Assembly (NCBI RefSeq): GCF_000017945.1
Contig: NC_009776.1
Location: 900,001 to 932,000, forward strand
Length of the DNA: 32,000 nucleotides
Origin: Ignicoccus hospitalis KIN4/I
GTDB taxonomy: Archaea; Thermoproteota; Thermoprotei_A; Sulfolobales; Ignicoccaceae
Direction: 5' to 3'
Numbering within the stretch: position 1 is the first letter of the stretch; every line of letters begins with the position of its first letter. Positions 8,949-16,102 of this stretch are shown in pieces. The notes under the pieces are model-generated. The model did not search any database and was not told the DNA's origin. It was given only the letters and a program-made list of their open reading frames with translations. The translations under genes were made by a program, and so were the position numbers.

Positions 8949-9636
8949 GCAGCCTCCAAGCCCTCCTGACGACCTCAGCGACCGCAACTGTGGACAGCGC
9001 GGAGGCCAGCAGCTGGGCCGCGCCGGCCTCCGTTAGGGCGGCCCCGGGGGTGTTTAGGACCAAGTAAGCTAGTCTCCCCAAGCTGGGGGTCGAAGGGTCT
9101 TCCAAGCCCAAGGCGGATATCGCGGCCTCAGCGTAGATGGCTATGGCCGAGCTCAAGCCCGCGTAGGCGCTGACCAGCTCTAAGGCGTTCCTCGGCCCGT
9201 GGAGCCTCCAAGCCTCCCCCGGGGAGGCGCCGGAGGCGAAGGAGGCGAGCGCGAAGGGTTGTTCCCTAAGCCTCTCGGCGGCTTCCTTGATCACCTTGAC
9301 CCCCGCGGAGGAGGCAAGGGCCCCTACCAACGCCCCCACCAACAAGGGGGACAAGGTTACCTTCACGCCCAGCAAGACCAACAGCGGGAGGCGCGGGAGG
9401 GAGAGCAACAAGTCGCTCAAGGCCTCCGCTAGGACCCCCTTCCGCGCGAACGACAAGTAGTGGAGGGCCGTGAGCAACGCAAAGGACGTTAAGTAGGAGA
9501 CCGCGGCCACCTCCAAGCTCGTCCAGAGCCCCGCGGCCAGGGCGCACAGCGCGTCCTCCCCCAAGGGGGTGGTTCCTAACGGGTGGGAGGGGCTAGGCGG
9601 CTCCAAGGGCAAGCCTTCTCCGCACAAGGGCCTCAC
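8935..9636 (-). CDS. Divergent ABC transporter permease, DppC-like (5' boundary uncertain)
   Basis: Multiple hydrophobic segments; located directly downstream of a DppB-like ORF and a substrate-binding protein; EAWRLHGPRNALELVSAYAGLSSAIAIYAEAAISALGL resembles the permease coupling region. Confidence 0.55.
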   Translation of the reverse strand: MRPLCGEGLPLEPPSPSHPLGTTPLGEDALCALAAGLWTSLEVAAVSYLTSFALLTALHYLSFARKGVLAEALSDLLLSLPRLPLLVLLGVKVTLSPLLVGALVGALASSAGVKVIKEAAERLREQPFALASFASGASPGEAWRLHGPRNALELVSAYAGLSSAIAIYAEAAISALGLEDPSTPSLGRLAYLVLNTPGAALTEAGAAQLLASALSTVAVAEVVRRAWRLLRAF

Positions 9637-10372
9637 CCAGCGCGTTCAGTGCAATTACCGAAACCGCCACTGCTACGAACGAAGAGAAAGCGAGTTGGGG
9701 GTCGGCCTCCGTCACGGCCTTGCACAAGGCTTCCCCCACCCCCCAGTAGCCTACCAACGGCTCCACCAACACGGACCTTTCTAAGACTAAGGAGGTCAAG
9801 TTGAAGAACTGCGCCAAGAGCAGCCACTTGGAGGCTAACAAGAGCTTGGACCTCACTCCCCTCTCGTCCAGCCCCACAGCCTTCCAGAAGAGCCTTACTC
9901 CCTTGAGCTCCTCCCTCCCTTCGACCCCCTCCGACACCACGTACGCTACCTTAGGACACTCGGACATTATTATCACCAGTGCGTATTCTGCGGCCTTGGA
10001 GGGGTCGGCCCCGGGCAAGGGGGAGGGCCAAGGGAAGCGCCAAGAGAGGAGGTAAAGGAGCAAGGCGTACACGTACTCCGGGACGTACGCCAAGGCTTCG
10101 AACGAGGCCCTCTTGCCGAAGCGCAAGTAGCACAACGAACCCAAGAGGACCGACGCTCCCACCGCAATAACTACGACAGTTACGGTGTTCCTCAACGCTA
10201 CTGAGGCGACATCCCACGGGTCGAGGCCGTAGGTCAAGCTTCTGGAGGCGAGGGCCTCGGGGACTTCGAGCTCTTCCGAGCTCCCGAGGCCGGCCCCGGG
10301 GTTGCCTAGGTTACCGGACACGAGCGCCGCTATCAAAACACTAATGATTAGCGTTATTACCTTGCCTATCAA
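9593..10372 (-). CDS. Divergent ABC transporter permease, DppB-like
   Basis: ALRNTVTVVVIAVGASVLLG; C-terminus SVLVEPLVGYWGVGEALCKAVTEADPQLAFSSFVAVAVSVIALNALGEALVRRR matches the DppB C-terminal pattern. Confidence 0.7.
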   Translation of the reverse strand: MIGKVITLIISVLIAALVSGNLGNPGAGLGSSEELEVPEALASRSLTYGLDPWDVASVALRNTVTVVVIAVGASVLLGSLCYLRFGKRASFEALAYVPEYVYALLLYLLSWRFPWPSPLPGADPSKAAEYALVIIMSECPKVAYVVSEGVEGREELKGVRLFWKAVGLDERGVRSKLLLASKWLLLAQFFNLTSLVLERSVLVEPLVGYWGVGEALCKAVTEADPQLAFSSFVAVAVSVIALNALGEALVRRRLALGAA

Positions 10373-10376
10373 CGGC

Positions 10377-11912
10377 TCACCTCAACAGGGCGAGCTTGTT
10401 GAAGGGCAGCGGCACGCCGCCGTCTATCCCTCCCTCGGTGAAGAACCACCCGGCCCGCGACGAGTCGAGCAAGAACTGGTAGGGGTAGTAAAGCGCTATG
10501 CGGGGCAGCTCCTCCGCTACGAGCCTCTGAATTTCCTTCACTACTTTGATCGCTTCCTCCGCGCTGGGGGCGTTCAAGAGCTCCCTCGCGAGCTCCAAGT
10601 AGCGGGGGTCCCTCCAAGGCGCGCTGAACCTCTCGAACCACCAAGCGGCCGCCAGAGGGTCGTTCCCCACCGCCCCGTGGCCGCTTATAACGAAGCCGTA
10701 CCCCCCGCCCTTAACTATTAAGTCGAGCTGCTTGGGCCCGGGAACCACCTTGACGTTCACACAAATCTTAACTCTTTTTAGCATCTTCTTAACTATTAGG
10801 GCTTCTTGCACGAACTGTTTAGTAGTTACTAACAGCGGCCTCCACGGCCTCCCTCGGAACTCCGCGCACCCGTCCCCGTTCACGTCTTCCACTCCCACGG
10901 ACTTGAGGAGCCTCGCTGCCGCCTCGGGGTCGTAGCGGTACTTAGGCACGTCGTCCTCGTAGAAGCGGCTGTACGGCGGCACGTAGCCCGGGGAGCCGGG
11001 CTCGGCGGCGCCCGGGCCGGCGCTGAGCTCTACTAGCTCCTTCAAGTCCAAAGACATTGCGACGGCCTTGCGAAACTCCTTGAAGGAGTAGGGCTCTTCG
11101 TCCAGGTTGAAGCCTAAGAAGAGCACCCAGTAGGAGGGCCCCCTCTTTACGATCAAGTCCGGCTTGGCCCTCTTGGCCAGCTCCACTAGCCTGTAAGCCT
11201 TTCCGAAGAGGGAGACGCTGTCTACCTCCCCCCTTATTAGGGCCGCCACGGCCTTCTGAGGCTGGAAGGGGCCTACGGCAGATACCACGAGCTCTTCGTA
11301 CTTCGGCTTGGGTCCCCAGAAGAAGGGGTTCCTCACGAAGACGTAGCGGGAGCCGGGGACGTATTCCTTCAGCACGTAGGGACCGCTGCAGACGAAGGCG
11401 TCCTTCCCTCTATAGGAGAACGGGTCCTTCACCTTCTCCCACACGTGCTTGGGGAGCACGAACACGGTCGTCGCGTACTCCTCCACGAAGAACGGGAAAG
11501 GCCTCGAGAGCTCTACGACCACCGTTCGGTCGTCCAAAGCCTTGACGTCCTTTATAAGGTCCTTAGGGATGTTCTTCCAGTGCCACCCGTGTTTCATGAG
11601 GTACTTGAACGTGAAGACCACGTCCTCTGCCGTGAGGGGCTCCCCGTCGCTCCACTTGGCCTCCCTCAAGTAGAACTTGACCGCGGTTCCGTTCGCCTCC
11701 CACTTGTACGCAAGCCACGGGATCACTCCCCTCTCGTCCTTCCACACCAGCGTGTCGAAGGAGAAGCTCGTCAGCACGTACCCTGGGCCCCTCGGGTAGA
11801 AGGAGAAGGGCGTCGGCAGCCCCCAGTCGCCCAGACCGACGCTCAGCGCCGAGGCTTGGAGACTAAGCGCCAAGGCGACGAGTAATGCACTCCTCAAGGT
11901 GTCACCGTGCAC
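10377..11912 (-). CDS. Extracellular solute-binding protein family 5 (peptide/oligopeptide ABC type), signal peptide
   Basis: N-terminal LRSALLVALALSLQASALS signal; YLREAKWSDGEPLTAEDVVFTFKYLMK; VVVELSRPFPFF; GTGPY-like CSGPYVLKEY; LDLKELVELSAGPGA. Confidence 0.88.
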   Translation of the reverse strand: MHGDTLRSALLVALALSLQASALSVGLGDWGLPTPFSFYPRGPGYVLTSFSFDTLVWKDERGVIPWLAYKWEANGTAVKFYLREAKWSDGEPLTAEDVVFTFKYLMKHGWHWKNIPKDLIKDVKALDDRTVVVELSRPFPFFVEEYATTVFVLPKHVWEKVKDPFSYRGKDAFVCSGPYVLKEYVPGSRYVFVRNPFFWGPKPKYEELVVSAVGPFQPQKAVAALIRGEVDSVSLFGKAYRLVELAKRAKPDLIVKRGPSYWVLFLGFNLDEEPYSFKEFRKAVAMSLDLKELVELSAGPGAAEPGSPGYVPPYSRFYEDDVPKYRYDPEAAARLLKSVGVEDVNGDGCAEFRGRPWRPLLVTTKQFVQEALIVKKMLKRVKICVNVKVVPGPKQLDLIVKGGGYGFVISGHGAVGNDPLAAAWWFERFSAPWRDPRYLELARELLNAPSAEEAIKVVKEIQRLVAEELPRIALYYPYQFLLDSSRAGWFFTEGGIDGGVPLPFNKLALLR

Positions 11913-11966
11913 AAGCCCTGTGCCGCGTAAATAGCCCTACCGCGCGCGGCCCGAGGGGGAAGAGAG

Positions 11967-12275
11967 GTGAGGGTCGCCGTCTTGTGCGAGTGTTACAAGG
12001 ACAAGTGCTGGGTGGCCCACCACTTCGGCATGGCGCCCTTCATCTGTTTGTTCGAGGACGGGAGGGAGGTGGAGAGGCTGAGGAACCCTTTCGTCACGGC
12101 GGAGAGGGGCAAGGGGAGGCTGTTGGCCGAGTTCTTGGCGAGTAAGGGGGTCCAAGTAGTAATAGGCCCCGAGGCCCAAAGCCACGGCGCGTCCAGATGG
12201 GTAGAGGCCTTGGGCATGAGAGTAATTTCAGCAAACCCGGGGACGCCGGTAGAAGAGGCCTTGAAGGCGTTGTGA
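11967..12275 (+). CDS. Dinitrogenase iron-molybdenum cofactor (NifX/NafY-like) domain protein
   Basis: MRVAVLCECYKDKCWVAHHFGMAPFICLFEDG...LLAEFLASKGVQVVIGPEAQSHGASRWVEALGMRVISA resembles the family core. Confidence 0.65.
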   Translation: MRVAVLCECYKDKCWVAHHFGMAPFICLFEDGREVERLRNPFVTAERGKGRLLAEFLASKGVQVVIGPEAQSHGASRWVEALGMRVISANPGTPVEEALKAL

Positions 12276-12619
12276 AGGTCCTCTGGGCGCTCTACACGGC
12301 AGTCCTAGCCTACGGCCTCACCTTGATGCCTCCCTCCCAAGTAGCCCTCGCCGAGAGGGCCACAGACCCTTGGTCCCTCGACCCCGGCGCGTCCGCGAGG
12401 CACTTCCTCCTCTTCTTCTTGGAGGGCCTCCTCTCCCGCTCGTTCGGCTGGGACGGCCTCACGGCCTCGACGGTCTTAGCGGGGTCCACGGAGCTCTTCC
12501 AGACGTTCGTGCCGTGGAGGACTTACGACTGGAGGGACCTCTTCGCGAACTTCTTAGGCGCGCTCGTGGGCTTCTCGACGGCGAACATTTTAAAAAACAA
12601 ACTCAAAGCTAGGGCTTAA
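12272..12619 (+). CDS. VanZ-like membrane protein (115 aa, GTG start overlapping upstream TGA)
   Basis: VVKVLWALYTAVLAYGLTLMP...RHFLLFFLEGLL...TVLAGSTELFQTFVPWRTYDWRDLFANFLGALVGF; typical VanZ helix pattern and E-x2-Q-x-F...D-x-DL-N motif. Confidence 0.75.
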   Translation: MKVLWALYTAVLAYGLTLMPPSQVALAERATDPWSLDPGASARHFLLFFLEGLLSRSFGWDGLTASTVLAGSTELFQTFVPWRTYDWRDLFANFLGALVGFSTANILKNKLKARA

Positions 12620-12641
12620 CGAATACGTACTGCAAGAAGGA

Positions 12642-13053
12642 GTGAGGGCGAAAGATGGAACAGACACGATTCTAGTGGGGTACAAGAACAACGAGCTCTC
12701 GGCGGCTTGCTCCCTCTTGAGCGAGGCGATCGCCGAGGCGGGGGAGAGGGCTATCCCCTTGAGAAGGGGAGCTGTTCATTTACTGGTTTTTCAGATCGAA
12801 GGAAGCGGGCTTCGAGAAGGCGATTAAGGAGTTGGAGGACCTGATCGCCGCTTTTAACGAAATCATGAAGGCGTTGGGGATGGGCGAGCCCTTCAAGAGA
12901 GGTAGCTTGAAATTCTACGTTCTTTCGATAGACCCCAAGAAGTTGGAGCAGCTGAGAAAAGAATTCGTAAAGAAGGTGGACGACTTGTTCAACGACGTCG
13001 ACCCCGGGAAGGCTCAGACTCTGATGTCGGCTATGGTCGACAGGTGGGGGTAA
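12642..13053 (+). pseudogene. Hypothetical protein in two frames, candidate +1 frameshift at GGGG 12766-12769
   Basis: Frame 1: VGYKNNELSAACSLLSEAIAEAGERAIPLRR; continuation in the other frame: ELFIYWFFRSKEAGFEKAIKELEDLIAAFNEIMKALGMGEPFKRG...VDRWG*. Removing one G restores a single ORF. Confidence 0.6.
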
Positions 13054-13093
13054 GGGGAGTTGAGGTGAGCGATCAGGGTAACGAGGAGGGCTG

Positions 13094-13673
13094 ATGTGCG
13101 GCATCATCCTCTTCGGCCCGTGGAGCGCCTTAACCGAGCCGTCCCTCAGGAACGAGGAGTTTAGGGGGCTCGTGAAAGAGGACATAGAGCGGGTGATGGA
13201 CAGAAAGGTAATAGAGCGGGTCGGGAAGGCCCTTAAGATAGAAGGGTACATAACCAGTAAGACGTACACAGCGCCCCAGGAAACCAGCCCCCTCCTCCCC
13301 CGAGGTTCAACGTCTCCAGCTACTTAGGCCTAGCTTGATTGGCAATAGTTTTCGACTTGTACCCTTCCGGGTCGATACTGGAGGCGGAGTTCGCTAGGAA
13401 CGCCGGCGTTCCGGCGGTGAGGCTAGGCTGCTCCGCCGGATACCTCTGTTACGAGGAAGGCCCCAAAACTACGGGGGCGGAGTCCTAGTGGGCTCTTCGG
13501 ACACGCTTAACAGCCACGTGGGCACTGCCTTCGCCGTCCTCCCGGTAGGCTTCGTCCGCTGTCTCAAGGGGACGGAGGGCTGTAAGGGGGCGAGGGCCGA
13601 TTTCCGGAAGTCCTTGAGGGACGCGATTAACTGCTTGAATCAGTCAGTTAAAAGAGCGGGACGAGGTATATAA
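13094..13673 (+). other. Cluster of short overlapping ORFs (13094-13327, 13339-13488, 13488-13673), possibly a decayed gene
   Basis: Protein-like segments in three frames separated by single stops; the TAG at 13486-13488 overlaps a GTG at 13488. Confidence 0.4.
13667..13673 (+). promoter_or_regulatory. Candidate TATA box for the downstream RAM-domain gene
   Basis: GAGGTATATAAGGC; well-formed archaeal TATA, about 130 nt upstream of the probable start codon. Confidence 0.45.
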
Positions 13674-13805
13674 GGCACCAAACCGGTTGAGCGCTAACTC
13701 GAGGGGAGCGTTCGAGGTCAGGCTGAACTTAGAGACCGTGGAAAGGACGTGCCTCGGGCGGGCTTCCTAATTACGCCCCCCGCCCCGCTAGGGCGGGGAG
13801 AGGCG

Positions 13806-14045
13806 TTGGTGGAGGCTTTGGTATTCATGGTTGTCGAGCCACAAGCGGTAACTGAGATACCAAAGAAACTCAAAGATATGAAGGAGGTCAAGGCAATATA
13901 CGAAGTTACCGGCGACTACGACTTCGTTATAATGATGGAGGGGGAGAGCTACAGCGACATAGCCAAGACGTTGAGGGAGAAAATATTAAAGATACCGGGG
14001 GTGGTTAGGACTACCACCTCCTTCATAGTCGCTAAACACAAATAA
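13806..14045 (+). CDS. Stand-alone Lrp/AsnC ligand-binding (RAM) domain protein (TTG 13806 or GTG 13809 start)
   Basis: VEALVFMVVEPQAVTEIPKKLKDMKEVKAIYEVTGDYDFVIMMEGESYSDIAKTLREKILKIPGVVRTTTSFIVAK; classic RAM domain with no HTH. The track ORF from 13749 is over-extended through a GC hairpin. Confidence 0.88.
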   Translation: MVEALVFMVVEPQAVTEIPKKLKDMKEVKAIYEVTGDYDFVIMMEGESYSDIAKTLREKILKIPGVVRTTTSFIVAKHK

Positions 14046-14050
14046 AAGCC

Positions 14051-14938
14051 CTACCTCTTCAAGAGTTCTAGTATTATTTTCACGCCCCTCTCGCTCAAGG
14101 CGCCTAAGGAGGCCACCGCTTCCCCGCTCGTGCGGTTAACGAACACGTTGCCGGGGGTGGCTACATAAGGGAACAGCCTCTGGGCCAGCTCCAAGGCCTT
14201 CTGGTTAGCTTCCCTTAGCTCGCGCTCGCCCGCGGTTACGTTAGAGAGCTTTATCTGGTTCTTGTACAAGTTCTCGAAGTTCTCTGCTATCTTGTGTTCT
14301 AAGTTGAAGAACTCCTCGGCGGCCCCCCTCTTCCTCAGCTCGTTCTGTTGGTAGGCCAAGCGCAAGCTCTCCTCGAAGCCCGGCGCGTTGGTGTGGAAGG
14401 CAACGACTATGGGTATTAGGTAGGCCTTGCCTTCTTTGACCATCTCTTCTATTATTTTAGCTCCCCCGCTCCTGTAGAACAATGCGCAGTAGGGGCAGAG
14501 GGGGTCCAAGAGCTCCACTATCCAGACCCCCGCCCGCGGGTCCCCCAAACCCCCGGTGACGTTGAGCTTCAAGAGCAGCTCGGTGTAGTTCCCGGCATAA
14601 ACGTAGAGGGGCGCCTGGGGGGCAGGGTACAAGCAGTACTTGGAGCCGTCGCAGCCCTCCAGAAGCTTCCCGAACCTCTCGCACTCACCAACTTGCTTTT
14701 CATTTATCTTGACCACGACGGCCGGCAGCCAGCCGGTGTAGTTGCCTAAGGCATTTTTATAATCGTCTACGTATATATACTTTATATACGTCCCTGGCTT
14801 GAGCTTCGGGTAGATCTTGGTGACGACGTCGCTTGTTAGGTAGGTGACGTTGGAGTGTGCGCGAAAGCACTGGGCCCCCAAGGCGCCCAGCGCGAGGGCC
14901 AAGACTATTGCGATAGCCCTCAACCCTCTTTCCCACAC
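14051..14938 (-). CDS. Exported DsbA/DsbG-like thioredoxin-fold protein with CPYC motif
   Basis: N-terminal signal IAIVLALALGALGAQC; VWIVELLDPLCPYCALFYRSGG; C-terminal TPGNVFVNRTSGEAV (cis-Pro region). Confidence 0.75.
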   Translation of the reverse strand: MWERGLRAIAIVLALALGALGAQCFRAHSNVTYLTSDVVTKIYPKLKPGTYIKYIYVDDYKNALGNYTGWLPAVVVKINEKQVGECERFGKLLEGCDGSKYCLYPAPQAPLYVYAGNYTELLLKLNVTGGLGDPRAGVWIVELLDPLCPYCALFYRSGGAKIIEEMVKEGKAYLIPIVVAFHTNAPGFEESLRLAYQQNELRKRGAAEEFFNLEHKIAENFENLYKNQIKLSNVTAGERELREANQKALELAQRLFPYVATPGNVFVNRTSGEAVASLGALSERGVKIILELLKR

Positions 14939-14959
14939 GCGGCCGTCGGGGAGGATTAA

Positions 14960-15200
14960 ATTTTACCTCCGTAACGCGCCCCTCGCTAAGCTCATCAGAT
15001 TCAAAGTCGAGCCCCTCTCACATGCGCTGTTGGACCTAGACCGCTTTCGGCAAAGCGGAGAGCCGTTGCGCACTCCGAAGACGTCCCTCGCGGACCAACG
15101 CGGTCGAGTCTCCGGTTTCGTTCCTAAGAGGCAGACCTTGAAGCGGCCTGCTTCAAGCTTCACTGCGTTGCTTCTTTCGTTTTGTCTAGCTACGTAGATC
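14960..15200. ncRNA. Candidate structured intergenic region (two hairpins)
   Basis: CCGCTTT-CGGC-AAAGCGG at 15041-15058 and CTTGAAGC-GGCCT-GCTTCAAG at 15137-15157, with an outer GCAG/CTGC pair. No convincing CDS; the 66 aa antisense ORF is unrecognised. Confidence 0.25.
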
Positions 15201-15467
15201 TAGTATTACAAATCGCCAAACTTTTGTATTTGTTTATTTCTCTTTCCACATTCACCCACATGGGAACATCTTATATTCGAAAGCGCACCATTACTATTCA
15301 CTCTCTCAAACCCCCTTATATCTTTTCATGGGAACGCTGAAGATCGTGGAGGGAAGGGCAGAGGAAAAATTTCTTGAATAAAGGGAAAAGTTTGGGGAAT
15401 TGTAAACTCGCAGTAGAATGCAATTCTTTTAAGGGAAAGACCTTGGAGCTTTATATGGAAGGCTTCG
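15200..15467 (+). promoter_or_regulatory. Putative CRISPR leader
   Basis: A+T-rich non-coding region abutting the well-conserved end of the array; contains TTATAT elements near 15280, 15315 and 15451, the last about 12 nt upstream of repeat 1. Confidence 0.55.
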
Positions 15468-15892
15468 GTGGAGTCTCAAGAGAGAATGGAAAGGTACTAA
15501 TGCCGTATTACCAAATCTAAACGATAGGCGAGATGTGGAGTCTCAAGAGAGAATGGAAAGTGTACTTGTGCTACTGATGAAGAAGATGGGGTGAGAGCGT
15601 GGAGTCTCAAGAGAGAATGGAAAGAACAGGGTCAGTATCTTCGGCAGGAACGTGTCCGTCACCTTCTGTGGAGTCTCAAGAGAGGATGGAAAGATCACCC
15701 GCCGGCCAGGCGGCACCTTCTTCCTAGCTCTTTTGTAGAGTCTCAAAAGAGGATAGAAAGTGGTAAAATCATTCCGGTGGGAATAGAAATTCGGGAAGTG
15801 GAGTCTCAAAAGAGGATAGAAAGAAGACTAGTTTTATTATATCGTCTACGTCTATTCTTAACACTTGTAGAGTCTCAAGAGAGAATAGGAAG
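15468..15892 (+). CRISPR. CRISPR array: 7 repeats of 26 nt, 6 spacers of 37-43 nt
   Basis: Repeat GTGGAGTCTCAAGAGAGAATGGAAAG at 15468, 15535, 15599, 15668 (1 change), 15735, 15798, 15867 (degenerate). Spacers 41, 38, 43, 41, 37, 43 nt, all different. The repeat resembles crenarchaeal 24-25 nt repeats ending in GAAAG. Confidence 0.93.
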
Positions 15893-16102
15893 CGAGCAAG
15901 CGTCACAAAAATAGAACCAAAATCCCTTAAGGGAATAATCAAGAAGTAACGTTCCTTAAGCTCTACACCGACGTGTCCTTGCGAACCCCTAACGTACACT
16001 TAAAGACAAATAAAGCACCTCCGTTCCTTCTCGCGAAGCAACTAAAGGGGATGCGGGGCGGAGGGGACCAAAACTTAGTACGCCTTTGGTCCAAGGCCTC
16101 AC

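Noticed and set aside
15444-15463. TTGGAGCTTTATATGGAAGG just before repeat 1, resembling a degenerate repeat
   Set aside because: Only the ends are similar, the length is wrong, and the spacing to repeat 1 (about 5 nt) does not fit a repeat-spacer unit; better read as a TATA-containing leader end.
15543-15809. 88 aa minus-strand ORF (and other ORFs) across the array with repeated FPFSLETP
   Set aside because: It is the translation of CRISPR repeats, not a real gene. Overlapping plus-strand ORFs such as 15591-15914 are rejected likewise.
14758-15866. Shared 11-mer ATCGTCTACGT between spacer 6 and the DsbA-like gene region (a possible self-targeting spacer)
   Set aside because: Several 11-nt matches are expected by chance for about 240 nt of spacer against a 32 kb window on both strands; flanks do not match.
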